The translations under genes and the position numbers were made by a program. DNA of 64,000 nt, from positions 1,192,150-1,256,149 of the forward strand of contig CP185379.1 of the NCBI GenBank assembly GCA_049177215.1. Direction: 5' to 3'. This DNA comes from Candidatus Pollutiaquabacter aromativorans (GTDB lineage: Bacteria > Bacteroidota > Bacteroidia > AKYH767-A > 2013-40CM-41-45). The notes beneath the pieces were generated by a model. That model saw only the letters and a program-made list of their open reading frames with translations, made no database searches and was not told where the DNA came from. Each line of letters starts with the position of its first letter. Position 1 is the stretch's first letter. Of this stretch, positions 19,530 through 31,200 are shown one piece after another.

Positions 19530-22118
19530 TTATTCTTTGACGAGTCGGATGGTCTCGTTCTGACCGGCGTACGTTACGTTAACCGTATAGATACCGGCAG
19601 CGAGGCCCTTGATGTCAAGGTTCTTGATGTAACCGTGACCGGCGTTCTCACGGGAGAAGGACATCACGTTACCCAGGATATCGCGTACGATGACCGTTAC
19701 TTCCGTATCCTTAACACCCGGAACCGTCAGTTGTACACGGTTGCGGCCAGGGTTCGGGAAGAGGTCGATGCCAGGTCCACCCACCGGGGTGATTTCAGGA
19801 CGAACCGTCTGGCACTGGATGAAGTTCACGACCACTGCGTCGAAGTTCTCGCAGCCGTTGTTGTCGGTGACGAGTACGGAGTACGTACCATCAACCGTGA
19901 CATCCAGCGTTTGAGCGGTGGAGTTGTCGTTCCACAGATAGGATGCGAAACCGGCACCAGCGTCGAGGGTAACCGTAGAACCGATGCAGCCGGTCACATC
20001 CGGACCAAGATCAACAACCGGAGCCTGGTTGACGGAACCAATCGTTACCGTCACGTAGCCGGTGCAACCGAAGTAGTCGGATACGGCAACCGTATAAGTG
20101 CCAGGAGCGAGGTTGTTAACCGTAGCGGTGGTGTCACCGTTCGGCATCCACAGGTAGGAGTAAGGAGCAGTACCACCCGAACCGGCAACCGTGGCAGAGC
20201 CATCATCACCGTTCGAACAGGTAGCGTCGGTCTGGCTGACGATCGAAGCGACAATGCCGCTCGAGTTAACCGTTCCGCTCAGGTTGGCGATACAACCGTT
20301 GGCGTCGGTTACCGTTACATCGTACATGCCAGGAGTCAGGCCGGTAGCGGTGCTTCCGGTGCTGACATTCGGATTCCATACATAGTCGAACGGACCCGTG
20401 CCGCTGGTCACGACCACTTCGATCGCACCATCGTTACCGTTACAGGTAGCGTCGGTGATAACCAGGCTGGCCAGAACCGGATCCGTACCGGTTACCGTAG
20501 CGGTAGCCGTAGCGGAACACTGATTGTTGTCGGTTACCGTCACCGTATAGGTGCCGGGAGCAAGTCCGGTAGCCGTTTCAGTGGTCTGAACCGGGCTGGT
20601 GTTCCAGCTATAATCATACTGAGGGGTACCACCCGTTACTGCAGCGGTAGCCTGACCCGCACCGCCGGTGCAGGAAGAGGTGGTTCCGGAAGCGGTGACA
20701 GACAATTGAGCCGGCTCGGTGATGGTGAAAGAGCGGGTACCTGCGCATCCAGCGCCATCGGTGATGGTTACAGAGTAGGTACCGGCGCCAAGACCGGAGA
20801 TGCTGGAAGTGGTGTCGGTTGTTGACCACAGGAAGCTGTACGGAGGAACGCCATTGGCGGACGCACTGGCAGAACCATCAAGATCTCCGAAGCAGGTTAC
20901 GCTCGGAGTACTCGTAACCGCTACATTGAGACCACCCACAAGGATGGAATAGGAGTAGGTCTGAACACCGTTGGAAGGACAAGCGTTGTCGCGTACCGTA
21001 ACCGTAAAGGTGTAAGGCTGGGGACGAGCATCGCCAGGACCCGGGGTCCAGCAGAAGGTTCCAACCGGCAGACGTCCGCCGCTTACCGTAAAGGTTGCGC
21101 CCGGGATACCGTTGTTCCAGGTCATGGTCAGGGTGTCACCGGGATCGGTGTCCGCCGTGATGATGTCGAAACAAAGCTGACCACCTGCGCAGGAAGAAGC
21201 GTTGAAGTTGGTCGTACCGTTGATACCGGTCGCGGTCGGCAGGGTATTGTTGCACTGCACCGTGTAAACCTGAAGATCGCGCATTACGCTGCCGATCAGT
21301 ACACCATTGCGGTACTCAAGGATCAGTACTGCGATCACACCAACTTCCGAAGCGGTCGGGTGGGTGAAGATGTCGCCCGTTACCGGGTCAATGCTGACGG
21401 CCGGGGAAGACGTGATCGGGTTCGAGATCGAGTAGCCCGGCTGGTAAGCCAGGTTGGTGTTCTGAGCGTCGCGCGGCGGGATGAAGAAGTAAGCGAGCGA
21501 ATCGCCTTCTGCATCAATGACACCGTGGTTGTAATAGTTATCCTGGCCGATGCACAGGAAGGTAACCGGTACGTTGGTAAAGGTCGGCGAAGTGTTGTCG
21601 AATACGGTGTTGTTCAACTTCGCTTCGATGTACAGGCTGTAGCTGTCGGGCGTACCGATCGTCGTGATCGCGCCGTTGCGGCAACAATCGGAAACCGAGA
21701 ACGTCCAGTCAGGACACTGAGCCGGAAGCGTAACGATTGCCGAGTATTCCCACTCCTGGAAACCAGGTGCTGTACCACCCGAACAGGTCGTCAGTGTGCC
21801 GGGACAAGCATAAGAGATTTCCTGTCCGGTTCCGGGTACCGCGTTGAGTGTAACGGACTGCGAGAAGTTGTTGCAGGACGCTGAACTCATCGTCATGAAA
21901 GCCGATGTCGGTGCAGGAATACCGAAACAGTCACGGTACAATGTGTAAGTCACAAGGTACTGTCCGTTGCCCAGGTATTCATACGTCAGGTCGGCACCAG
22001 CCATGTGACTGGCGTTGGCCGTCCGTCCACCCAGCAGCAGTGCTACCAGGAAGAAGAGGGCTCGAGCTGTCGCGCGAATCCCCGTTGTTTTGTGTACGTT
22101 GTACATCTTTTTAGTCAT
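19530..22118 (-). CDS. large T9SS cargo adhesin (862 aa) with five or more SprB-type repeats and type-A C-terminal sorting domain
   Basis: Signal peptide. Repeated C.GD.DGSA...GG..PYSY.W module. C-terminal LFPNPGRNRVQL...GIYTVNVTYAGQNETIRLVKE. Confidence 0.75.
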   Translation of the reverse strand: MTKKMYNVHKTTGIRATARALFFLVALLLGGRTANASHMAGADLTYEYLGNGQYLVTYTLYRDCFGIPAPTSAFMTMSSASCNNFSQSVTLNAVPGTGQEISYACPGTLTTCSGGTAPGFQEWEYSAIVTLPAQCPDWTFSVSDCCRNGAITTIGTPDSYSLYIEAKLNNTVFDNTSPTFTNVPVTFLCIGQDNYYNHGVIDAEGDSLAYFFIPPRDAQNTNLAYQPGYSISNPITSSPAVSIDPVTGDIFTHPTASEVGVIAVLILEYRNGVLIGSVMRDLQVYTVQCNNTLPTATGINGTTNFNASSCAGGQLCFDIITADTDPGDTLTMTWNNGIPGATFTVSGGRLPVGTFCWTPGPGDARPQPYTFTVTVRDNACPSNGVQTYSYSILVGGLNVAVTSTPSVTCFGDLDGSASASANGVPPYSFLWSTTDTTSSISGLGAGTYSVTITDGAGCAGTRSFTITEPAQLSVTASGTTSSCTGGAGQATAAVTGGTPQYDYSWNTSPVQTTETATGLAPGTYTVTVTDNNQCSATATATVTGTDPVLASLVITDATCNGNDGAIEVVVTSGTGPFDYVWNPNVSTGSTATGLTPGMYDVTVTDANGCIANLSGTVNSSGIVASIVSQTDATCSNGDDGSATVAGSGGTAPYSYLWMPNGDTTATVNNLAPGTYTVAVSDYFGCTGYVTVTIGSVNQAPVVDLGPDVTGCIGSTVTLDAGAGFASYLWNDNSTAQTLDVTVDGTYSVLVTDNNGCENFDAVVVNFIQCQTVRPEITPVGGPGIDLFPNPGRNRVQLTVPGVKDTEVTVIVRDILGNVMSFSRENAGHGYIKNLDIKGLAAGIYTVNVTYAGQNETIRLVKE

Positions 22119-22329
22119 ATTGATTGGAGTTGATTCGTAGTGTACGCAGTTAAGATAGGGCTAAATGTACTATGGGAGCGATCGGTAAGCCTAAATTCTT
22201 CGGTGAAAGGCGGAAGCGGAGTGGTGAAAGGCATGACTTCCGTTGCGAATCTTGGCCGGATTTTGATCGTTAGATGAAGCAATATTATTCATAAAACCCG
22301 TATCTGACAAGGCTTTCACGGGTAATCTT

Positions 22330-22626
22330 TCAAGAATCCACCGGATTCTTGCGAACACTCCAGGCTTCCGCAGGAGCCTTAAAAAGGGGCTTAACATGCG
22401 CCCAAACGGACTTGAAAAGGGGGGAAAACCGGTAATGGTCCAGGGAAGCTTCCGAATCCCATTGAGAAAACGTGAAAAAAACGCCTTTTTCACGTAAATC
22501 TTCCCATAATTCAAGGTGCAGACAGCCCGGGAATGCCCGGATCTTCCCGGAAACTTCCCGAAATAGCTCCGTGAACTTCCCTGCATCCTCCGCGTGAAAA
22601 CTAAGCTTGACCAACCGGTTAATCAT
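22330..22626 (-). CDS. antibiotic-biosynthesis-monooxygenase (ABM/Dabb) family protein
   Basis: About 98-aa ferredoxin-like fold: MINRLVKLSFHAEDAGKFTELF...FTFSQWDSEASLDHY. Confidence 0.55.
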   Translation of the reverse strand: MINRLVKLSFHAEDAGKFTELFREVSGKIRAFPGCLHLELWEDLREKGVFFTFSQWDSEASLDHYRFSPLFKSVWAHVKPLFKAPAEAWSVRKNPVDS

Positions 22627-23413
22627 GAAACTCGATGCGTAGGGTGTCAAATTGTTTTAAGCCAAGCAGTTTGGATGCATTGTCACGATTGATGGCGATC
22701 TCTAAATACCCGTCCTGATTGAACAGGGCGACGATCTCACCGGTTTCAACCGATCCGTAATCATGCATGATCTGCCGGACCGTGTAATTGGCTCGCCTCA
22801 GCAATATCGAATAGGACCGGTCCTTTCGTTCGCGTTCAAAGAGTTCGCGGGAAATATTGAAAATGCTGTTTCCGAAGCCATCCACATAAACGAGTGCGCC
22901 GCGTATGCCACCCGGATCAACGGTCGGCTGAGCAAAGAAACTCGGTAAAAGATGGTCGACCTCCAGGCCGAGTTGACGCGGATGCTTGCCGGTACAGAGT
23001 TTTATCAGGACATCGACCAGTTGGTCCTGCACTTCCCGGTGCCCCGTACGAATCGGATCGATCGGCAGGCGATGAATTTTCTTTTCCTCCTCGCCCAACA
23101 GCAGGGAGAATATTCCACTGTCGACTCCGACAAAGTGATGTCCGTTCGCTGTCACGATCAGATAGTCACGCCCTGGCTCGTCTTGTGCCGAATTTCCGGC
23201 GCCGTCCAGTCCGATGTAATGGACCGTACCGGTCGGAAATGCGGAATACGCGTTGCGTAAGACGAATGCAGCGTGCAGGGTATTGAACGGATCGATCTCG
23301 TGAGAAATATCGATGATGCCGAGATCAGCGGATCGGGAGAGCAGCTTGCCTTTGAATGAAGCGACGTAATGATCGCGTAATCCCCAATCAGTAATAAGCG
23401 TAAGGAAAGCCAT
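22619..23413 (-). CDS. SAM hydrolase / SAM-dependent halogenase family protein (SAM hydroxide adenosyltransferase, DUF62)
   Basis: N-terminus MAFLTLITDWGLRDHYVASFKGKLL matches the DUF62 hallmark (I.L.TDFG..D.YVG..KGVI). Size and C-terminal beta-barrel region are consistent. Confidence 0.7.
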   Translation of the reverse strand: MAFLTLITDWGLRDHYVASFKGKLLSRSADLGIIDISHEIDPFNTLHAAFVLRNAYSAFPTGTVHYIGLDGAGNSAQDEPGRDYLIVTANGHHFVGVDSGIFSLLLGEEEKKIHRLPIDPIRTGHREVQDQLVDVLIKLCTGKHPRQLGLEVDHLLPSFFAQPTVDPGGIRGALVYVDGFGNSIFNISRELFERERKDRSYSILLRRANYTVRQIMHDYGSVETGEIVALFNQDGYLEIAINRDNASKLLGLKQFDTLRIEFHD

Positions 23414-23578
23414 CGTTCTGCTGCGCCCCGGTGTTGAAAACTTCTGATCCTGCTTCGGTCAAAAGTAATGGCTTTTGGGGTACTATTGAATCGACGCTCG
23501 CGCAAATCCATTCACACCAAAGGCTATCCTTGGTGTTGATAACTTGTAACCGGATTTCGCGACCCAATCCAGCCCGAC

Positions 23579-24523
23579 GTGAGTGAAGTAATCATTCCTA
23601 TCGACACGTTCAACCCGGTGGAATTTTTCGGTGTGAACGATGCGAACCTCGACATCATCCGAAAGAATTTTCCCGAACTCAAACTGGTTGCCCGTGGCAA
23701 TGAGATCAAGGTCATCGGCGATGAGAAGAACATCCACCTCTTCAGCGAAAAGATCAACAAGCTGATCCAGCACTACCAGAAGGTCGGGAGCCTGACACCC
23801 GATAACGTGCTCCATTTCCTGGGCGACCGGGATGGCGCCGCACCACCACCCAGCCCGCAGACGGCCGATGTCCTCGTCTTTGGCCAGAACGGACTCATGG
23901 TCCGCGCCCGTACGGCTAACCAGAAACGAATGGTGGAGTCGTCCGAAAAGAACGACGTGGTGTTCGCGATCGGCCCCGCCGGTACCGGTAAGACCTATAC
24001 CGCTGTCGCCCTCGCAGTACGTGCACTGAAGAACCGGGAGATCAAGCGTATCATCCTCACCCGCCCGGCAGTGGAAGCCGGGGAGAACCTGGGCTTTCTG
24101 CCCGGCGACCTCAAGGAAAAGATCGATCCGTATCTCCGTCCGCTCTATGATGCCCTTTACGATATGATCCCTTCCGATAAGGTGAAGTCCTACATCGAGA
24201 ACGGAATCATCGAAGTAGCGCCGCTGGCCTTCATGCGTGGTAGAACACTCGACAATGCCTTTGTCATCCTCGACGAGGCCCAGAACGCAACCGAGAGCCA
24301 GTTGAAGATGTTCCTCACCCGTATGGGACCTTCAGCCAAGTTCATCGTTACGGGCGATGTGACGCAGATCGATCTGCCCAAACACCAACCGTCCGGACTG
24401 GTGCAGGCCATCAAGATACTGTCCAATGTGCGGGGTATCGATTTCATCTATCTCGACGCGCAGGATGTCGTTCGCCACCGTCTGGTGAAGGAGATCATCG
24501 AAGCGTATAACAAGGACCGCTGA
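23579..24523 (+). CDS. phoH: PhoH-like ATPase
   Basis: Walker A GPAGTGKTYTAVALAV and the PhoH-family C-terminal region. Confidence 0.85.
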   Translation: MSEVIIPIDTFNPVEFFGVNDANLDIIRKNFPELKLVARGNEIKVIGDEKNIHLFSEKINKLIQHYQKVGSLTPDNVLHFLGDRDGAAPPPSPQTADVLVFGQNGLMVRARTANQKRMVESSEKNDVVFAIGPAGTGKTYTAVALAVRALKNREIKRIILTRPAVEAGENLGFLPGDLKEKIDPYLRPLYDALYDMIPSDKVKSYIENGIIEVAPLAFMRGRTLDNAFVILDEAQNATESQLKMFLTRMGPSAKFIVTGDVTQIDLPKHQPSGLVQAIKILSNVRGIDFIYLDAQDVVRHRLVKEIIEAYNKDR

Positions 24524-24526
24524 TCC

Positions 24527-25507
24527 ATGATGCACGCTATGCAGGCAACGGCAGTCAGCACGACGGACTTTAATTTCCCCGGCCAGTCCGCTTTTTACCG
24601 GGGCAAGGTGCGGGATGTCTATACGATCGATGGTAAATACCTGGTCATGATCGTTACGGATCGGATATCCGCGTTCGATGTGGTGCTTCCGCGTCCCATT
24701 CCTCATAAAGGGGCCGTGCTCAATCAGATCGCAGCGAAGATGCTGCAGGCAACGGCGGATATTGTTCCGAATTGGGTGATCGATGTCCCGGATCCGAATG
24801 TGACGATCGGACGGGTTTGCAGTACGTTTAAAGTGGAGATGGTCATTCGGGGCTACCTCTCCGGCCATGCCGCACGCACCTATGCTTCGGGTGGCCGCGT
24901 ACTTTGTGGTGTGGCACTCCCGGAAGGGATGAAGGAGAATGACCGTTTTCCCACACCGATCATCACGCCCACAACAAAGGCTGCTGCAGGACACGACGAG
25001 GATATCAGCCGGGAAGACATCATCGCTAAAGGAATCGTTTCGGAAGAAGATTATACCAGGATCGAATCCTATACGCAACAATTGTTCAAACGCGGATCCG
25101 AGATCGCAGCATCACACGGTCTGATCCTCGTAGATACCAAGTACGAGTTCGGAAAGGACGAGGATGGCACGATCCGTTTGATCGATGAGATCCACACTCC
25201 CGACAGTTCACGTTATTTCTACGCCGACGGCTACGCGGAGCGTCAGGCAAAGGGAGAACAACAAAAACAACTCTCGAAAGAATTCGTACGCCAGTGGTTG
25301 ATCGCTAACGGCTTCCAGGGCAGAGCGGGGGAGTCGGTGCCGGAAATGCCGGATACCTGGCTGGACGAGATCAGCAGTCGCTACATTGAACTCTACGAAA
25401 AGCTGACAGGGGAGTCGTTCACTCCGGCCCCTCCCGGCGATCCGCGGGAACGCATTGAATATAATGTTCGCCGGGCATTGAGCCTGCTCGGCTACCAGTC
25501 CGACTGA
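24527..25507 (+). CDS. purC: phosphoribosylaminoimidazole-succinocarboxamide synthase (SAICAR synthetase); true start possibly Met5 at 24539
   Basis: [31 protein letters not shown] is the canonical PurC N-terminus. Size about 320 aa (long form). Confidence 0.85.
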   Translation: MMHAMQATAVSTTDFNFPGQSAFYRGKVRDVYTIDGKYLVMIVTDRISAFDVVLPRPIPHKGAVLNQIAAKMLQATADIVPNWVIDVPDPNVTIGRVCSTFKVEMVIRGYLSGHAARTYASGGRVLCGVALPEGMKENDRFPTPIITPTTKAAAGHDEDISREDIIAKGIVSEEDYTRIESYTQQLFKRGSEIAASHGLILVDTKYEFGKDEDGTIRLIDEIHTPDSSRYFYADGYAERQAKGEQQKQLSKEFVRQWLIANGFQGRAGESVPEMPDTWLDEISSRYIELYEKLTGESFTPAPPGDPRERIEYNVRRALSLLGYQSD

Positions 25508-26898
25508 TTTTTTCGAATTCCTTCTTCCAAGTCCCGTTGATCGGCGGAAGAAAGCAGCGCACGCATCGCCGTTTCGCTTTCCAGCCTGCTTAGGTCCTTG
25601 AACCCGTATTGTACGGAGCGTTTCAGATAGCTGAGTACGGAGTCTTTCTGGCCAACCTGGGAGAAGAGTTTCGCGGCCAGGAAATTCGGTTCGGCATTTT
25701 CCTGATCGGCCAGTAAATAGATCCGGTTCAGGCGCGCCACTTCGGGCATGTTGCCTTGTTCCATCGCCTGCCGGGTCAGGCTGTAACAGGCCAGCGAAAT
25801 GTAGCCGAGCAGCCGATCGTTCATCGGATCCTGTTTTCGCTTCTGCAAATCCCCGATCACGTGCGACCACCAATCCTCTTCCTGGGAACGAAACGCATCC
25901 AGTAAGAACTGCCGGCGGTTAAGCTCTGCAGAGAGCGCCCGTGAATCTTCCGGTATGGATTGCTGATAGACAGGATCCTTCATCAACCGCTGGACACTAT
26001 TTTCCCACTCGGGAACCGGCGACAATCCCTGCAGGCAATCGATTCCACATCGGTAGATCCGCATGCGTTGGATCGGGTCAGTGGTCCTGGCAGCCAGGGT
26101 GTTGATCTGTCTGGTGAATTGCTGGAGTACTGGTCGCTCGCAATTCCCGCCGGATTTGCAGGCGAGTACCTTGCACCAGCTAAATGCACGGCGCATGTCG
26201 GTCGTCTCGGGCCATGCATGTTTTCCATCGGTGATGTCCAGGTGATGCATGGGTTGTCTGCCCAGACGGTTGACGAATTCGATTACTTCGGAGTAGTTCA
26301 TATCCCGATTGCCCGTCACACCATAGGTTGGTACCGTAGGCGCCGGAATCCCATCCGGAAGTCCGGCACCACAATGCACCACGCCCGAAACACCTTTCAT
26401 GTTACCGGGAGCTACCAGCGCGACTTTGGCGCCGCCGGAAAACCCGCAGAGGAACAGACCCGCGTGGGTGGTTTTCATTTTCTCGAGTACCGCGGCTGCA
26501 AGTTCCCGGGCCATGGAAGCGGATGCGTCGATGCCCAGGCCGTTTCGTACTTGATTGGATCCGGCCAGAATAAAACCGAATTCATCGGCCAGGGATGCGT
26601 AGCGATGTACCGGCACGCGACCGTTGCCTTGCGGGTCAAAGCACACCATCAACGGCATGGGCAGGCTGTCGCGAAAGGATCGGGGAATGTAGAGGATGTA
26701 CGCCTGCCCACTGTTGGTGACTGATTCCAGATAGCTCCCTGGAATCAGTGTCGTCAGCGTATCCCGGACAGGCGGGGCTGGAGCAGGTACACTGTCTTGC
26801 ACAGGCGGCGGAACGGAATTCGTCGCCCGATGATCCGACGAAGTACAGGCTGTGAAACACCACAGCGCGATGAGGAGAGCGGTCAGTGATCGTAGCAT
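25492..26898 (-). CDS. lipoprotein: alpha/beta-hydrolase (esterase, GFSGG nucleophile elbow) fused to a C-terminal helical/TPR-like domain
   Basis: Lipoprotein signal [18 protein letters not shown], then GxSxG ([10 protein letters not shown]), then a C-terminal helical-repeat region. Confidence 0.55.
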   Translation of the reverse strand: MLRSLTALLIALWCFTACTSSDHRATNSVPPPVQDSVPAPAPPVRDTLTTLIPGSYLESVTNSGQAYILYIPRSFRDSLPMPLMVCFDPQGNGRVPVHRYASLADEFGFILAGSNQVRNGLGIDASASMARELAAAVLEKMKTTHAGLFLCGFSGGAKVALVAPGNMKGVSGVVHCGAGLPDGIPAPTVPTYGVTGNRDMNYSEVIEFVNRLGRQPMHHLDITDGKHAWPETTDMRRAFSWCKVLACKSGGNCERPVLQQFTRQINTLAARTTDPIQRMRIYRCGIDCLQGLSPVPEWENSVQRLMKDPVYQQSIPEDSRALSAELNRRQFLLDAFRSQEEDWWSHVIGDLQKRKQDPMNDRLLGYISLACYSLTRQAMEQGNMPEVARLNRIYLLADQENAEPNFLAAKLFSQVGQKDSVLSYLKRSVQYGFKDLSRLESETAMRALLSSADQRDLEEGIRKNQSDW

Positions 26899-26967
26899 TG
26901 TTTGCGAAACTACTCTTTCGCGCGCTCAGGAAGATGGGTACACGGTGAATTCGTTTCTTTGCAACCC

Positions 26968-28155
26968 ATGAGCCGGCTGGGACAACAGGTAGAGCGAGTC
27001 GAACGGGTGGTGCGATCCTGGAAACCGGGCGAATCGGTCGCGCGTCATCTCTCCGATCATTTTTCCTGTCACCGCAACATGGGCGCACGCGACCGCCGGG
27101 AATGTCGTGCCTGGGTCTATGCCTGGATTCGACTCGGTCGCTCCCTGGAGGATCTCCCGTTTGCGAAACGCCTTGCTGTTGCCACTTACCTGACGACTCC
27201 GGAACCTTATCCGGCACTGGAGGCGTTGTTGAATTCCGAGTTGTCGGACATTGAGCTCCCGTCATTGCAGTCGTCGGTGGAAGAGAAGACCAACGCGGTT
27301 GCCCGGTCCTTTCCGGGATTCAGCCTGGAAAAAATATTCCCCGGTTCCTCCCGCATTTCTTCCGGTCTTGACCGGGCGGCTTTTCTGTCGGGCTTGTTCC
27401 TTCCCCCTGAATTGTGGATTCGCGTCAGGACAAAGTACCGGGAACAAGTGATACAGGAGTTGACGGATCGATCCATACCGTTTTCCGTGGATCCGATTTT
27501 GCCCAACGCGATCCGGCTACCGAACAGGACGTCGATCGATGATCTTGAAGCAAGCAGAAAGCACCTGCTCGAAGTGCAGGATCGTAGCAGTCAGGCTACC
27601 GCTGAATTTTTCCAGCCCAAGTCGGGTGAAACCTGGTGGGATGCCTGCGCAGGTTCCGGTGGTAAATCCCTGTTATTGCTGGACCAGGAACCGGGCTTGC
27701 ACCTCACGGTTTCTGACCGGCGCCCGTCGATCCTGAAAAACCTGAAAGAGCGGTTTGGGCTCGCAAAATTGAAACCGGACGAGTTGGTGGTCTGTGACCT
27801 GACCCAACCGGAGACTGACTGGCCGGAGCAGATGTTCGATGTTATTTTAGCCGATGTTCCCTGTTCAGGATCAGGAACTTGGACAAGAAAACCGGAAGGA
27901 CTTTTTACCGAAGTGGATGAAGCCTTCTTTCAGCGGTTCAGAAGCCTGCAGCAGAAAATCGTCAAGAATCTTTCATCCAGGATTAAGCCCGGCGGCCGCC
28001 TCATTTATCTGACATGTTCAGTTTTTTCTGCTGAAAATGAAGAAATGCTTTCCTGGGTAGAGCAGGAAACCAACCTGAAACTACAGCAATACCGCTATTT
28101 CGAAGGTGCCGCTTACAGGGCCGATACACTGTTTGGTGCTTCTTTTCTTAATTAA
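26968..28155 (+). CDS. RsmB/RsmF (NOL1/NOP2/Sun) family rRNA cytosine-C5 methyltransferase
   Basis: SAM-binding DACAGSGGKSLLL, PC motif (ADVPCSGSGTWTRKPE) and TC region. Start placed at MSRLGQQ... downstream of the ORF-track start. Confidence 0.7.
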   Translation: MSRLGQQVERVERVVRSWKPGESVARHLSDHFSCHRNMGARDRRECRAWVYAWIRLGRSLEDLPFAKRLAVATYLTTPEPYPALEALLNSELSDIELPSLQSSVEEKTNAVARSFPGFSLEKIFPGSSRISSGLDRAAFLSGLFLPPELWIRVRTKYREQVIQELTDRSIPFSVDPILPNAIRLPNRTSIDDLEASRKHLLEVQDRSSQATAEFFQPKSGETWWDACAGSGGKSLLLLDQEPGLHLTVSDRRPSILKNLKERFGLAKLKPDELVVCDLTQPETDWPEQMFDVILADVPCSGSGTWTRKPEGLFTEVDEAFFQRFRSLQQKIVKNLSSRIKPGGRLIYLTCSVFSAENEEMLSWVEQETNLKLQQYRYFEGAAYRADTLFGASFLN

Positions 28156-28254
28156 GCCCCAATAGCTTGTAAATCAATCAAATAATGCCACTGCAGGCAG
28201 GAACTATTCGGGCTTGGATGAAGTATACATTCTAATCCCACACCAGGGAGTATT

Positions 28255-31200
28255 ATGTACCTACGAATCCTATTCATCCTGACGGGCCTGTTGCTGACAC
28301 AGGTTGTAGTATCAGGACAAAATCAGGCTAATTCCGAATCCGAGCTGCGTAAGCGGGCAGATAAGTTATTTCAGGATCAGGAATATCTGACCGCTGTCGG
28401 GCCTTATTCCCAGTTGCTCAGCCTGCAGCCGAATGATGCCACCCTGAATTATCGTTATGGCACGGCCCTGTTGCTTTCCGGAAAAGACAAACGGAACGCG
28501 GTAAGCTACCTGGAAAAAGCCATGAACGACCCGGCACAACCGATGGAGGGCTGGGTGTACCTCGGACGATCTTACATGTTTCTGGGAAAGTACGAGGATG
28601 CTAAAAGTTGTTTCAACCGGTTTAATACCCGGGCAACGGACGCGCAGCGCAAGAAGTTCAATTCGGAAGAATGGCTTCGTTCCGCGGGTGCCGCATCGGA
28701 GTTATCCCGTCAACGCAGGATGGTCAGCGTGACCGCGCAGAAGGAAGTTTTACGTTCTGCAGCTTACTCTCAAATCGACTATACGAATGCTGCCGGTAGG
28801 ATCCTGCCGGTGCCGGAAAAGTTCCAGACGACAGCCGACAAAGACAAACAGGCTGCTCCGGTCATGTATCTGTCGCGCGACGGACAGACGATCTACTACG
28901 CCAGCTATGGGAAAGGGAGTGTGGGAGGAAAGGACCTCTATCTCATTCGTAAGATGACGAATGGGGAATGGGCACAACCCGAACACCTGGGGTCCGTGCT
29001 AAACTCCGTCTACAACGAGGATTATCCGTTCCTTGACCGGGATGGCAAAACGCTCTACTTCGCGAGCCAGGGTCACAATTCGATCGGTGGCTACGATATT
29101 TTCAAATCCGTTTTCAATTTCAATACCGGCCAATGGTCGGCACCTGAAAACCTGGGAATACCGCTGAACACTCCGGACGATGATCTGCTGTATGTGCCCG
29201 GCTCCGATGGTGTAACCGCCGTATACACCACCGCCGACTTTACAGATAACACGCACACCGAAATCCGTACCATCCACCTCGATGACCAGCGGAATCCTTT
29301 CGCTACCATTCGCGGAACGTATTATTCGATTGACCAGCCCATGCGTCGCGATGCTCGGGTCATTGTGCTGCGTGCAGCCGATCGTTCTGTTGTGACAACT
29401 GTTCGAACCGATCCGAGGACCGGAGATTATGAATTGGTTTTGCCGGGCGGTGAGTCGTACTGGCTTGTCATCGATGGCGGCGGCTATGTTCCGCATACCG
29501 AATCATTCGACCTGCCTGCAGGTCTCGAAAAAGCCGCGCTCCGACAGGAAGTGCGCATGAACCGCAACAAGCAGGAAGAATTGATGACGGTCACCAATTT
29601 CTTCACGCCCATGCCATCTGCCATTGGTGCTGATGTGATTGCAGTGAACGACCGTCCTAGTTCTACCGAAACATCTGCTACAACTCCGTCATCGGAGACA
29701 GTTCAAATCTCGGTCGGAAACGAAACGCTGATTGTTAGCAAACCGGTCAGTCAGCCGGTAACATCCCCTGAACAAGCCGGTGAAGTTCCGGTAACAGCCG
29801 ACCAGGCTGCAGATGAGGACACCTCACTCGCGGACAACTACAATCCGCTGTTGGACCGGGAGATGACCCAGGACGAAATCCGTCAACGCCAGGAAGAACA
29901 GCTTCGCTCGGAAGAAGTGGTCGCGGATGAAAAGATCCCCGCAGAGCAACTCCATGTGCCCGTCGATGAACACGAACTTGCACGCAGCGCCGTGGAGGAT
30001 GGTGTCGCCCTGCAACGCGAAGCGGACAGTCTGCAGGATCGCAGCCGGGAATTGTATGCGTCGGCTGCAAACCGCGAAGAGGAAGCAGTACGCTTACTCG
30101 AAGAAGCGCAGTCCATCAAAGAGGATACCGTTCGCGCAGCCAACCTCTACCTGCAATCGGATGATATGAAGCAGATGGCCCTTGCGGAAAAACAGCAGGC
30201 CAGGGAATTGGACGGGCTTGCAACCGAGCGTCGCGCTGAAGCAAAGCAGGCATTGACCGACGCGAAAGCCTTGATCAGTTCGACGAATACGAAAGACAAG
30301 GAACTTTCCGCTTCAGTTGACAGAGCCTTGGCCGGAACCAGTGAAAAGGCATCCGTTACTGCATCAAGTCCTAGTGCGGCTCAAGGAGTCACATCTCCCT
30401 CGTTGGAACCCATGGCCGAACAGGCTGTTGAAGTTCGTACGGAAGGTGTCTCTTCAACGGCCAACCCGACCAGTCAAACAACTCCGGCTGCCGGACAGCC
30501 GCAAGCTGCGGATGAAGAACAGTTGGCGACAACTTCTCCAAATCAGCAAGAGCAAAATCAAACTGCGGCGACAACTTCCAGGGTATCTCCCGATTCAAAC
30601 GATTCCGGCGTCGTCGCCGTCCAGCAAAATGTCTCAGAAGAATCTCAACCAACTGCGGACTTTAAACGTGGACATGCGGCTGAATCGTCCGGAAAGGAGA
30701 CTGGGAAACCGGTTGTCGGTACGAATCCGGAGGGCTCGTCTGTTTCAGAGAAAAATACTGCTGATGTCCTTGCTGCCGGAACCAACCCTGCAATTACTGC
30801 AAGCGATGAGCATGCAGCAAACGACAAGCAATCGGTTATTGAACCCGAAACAACCGTAAATGCAACCACTAAGCCTGAAGGATTACCGGAACAAAAGGCA
30901 CAGCAATCGGCTGATGAGCGGACTGTAGCGATCCATCAAGCGTCCGAAGAACAACCAAAGGCCGAACCGAATGCAATGGAGAACAGGCCCAAAGATCAGG
31001 CAACTTCGTCGGGAGAGCCTGTTGTCATCGCCGGGCAGCCCACAAGGGAATCAGAGAGCCGTCAACAACCGACCGCCAATCAGCCTTCCGCTGGAAAATC
31101 AAAAGATGATAAAGTTGCAGCGACAACCGGGACGTCGCAACCGACATCTTCTACTGCAGCTAACGCAACGACCATTCGTTCCACGGATGATGCTGCGCAA

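Noticed and set aside
19635-20825. 396-aa + strand ORF (and 21360..21884)
   Set aside because: Antisense to the SprB-repeat adhesin gene. The Gly/Arg/Ser-rich translation is typical of the reverse strand of Thr/Gly/Ser-rich repeat genes.
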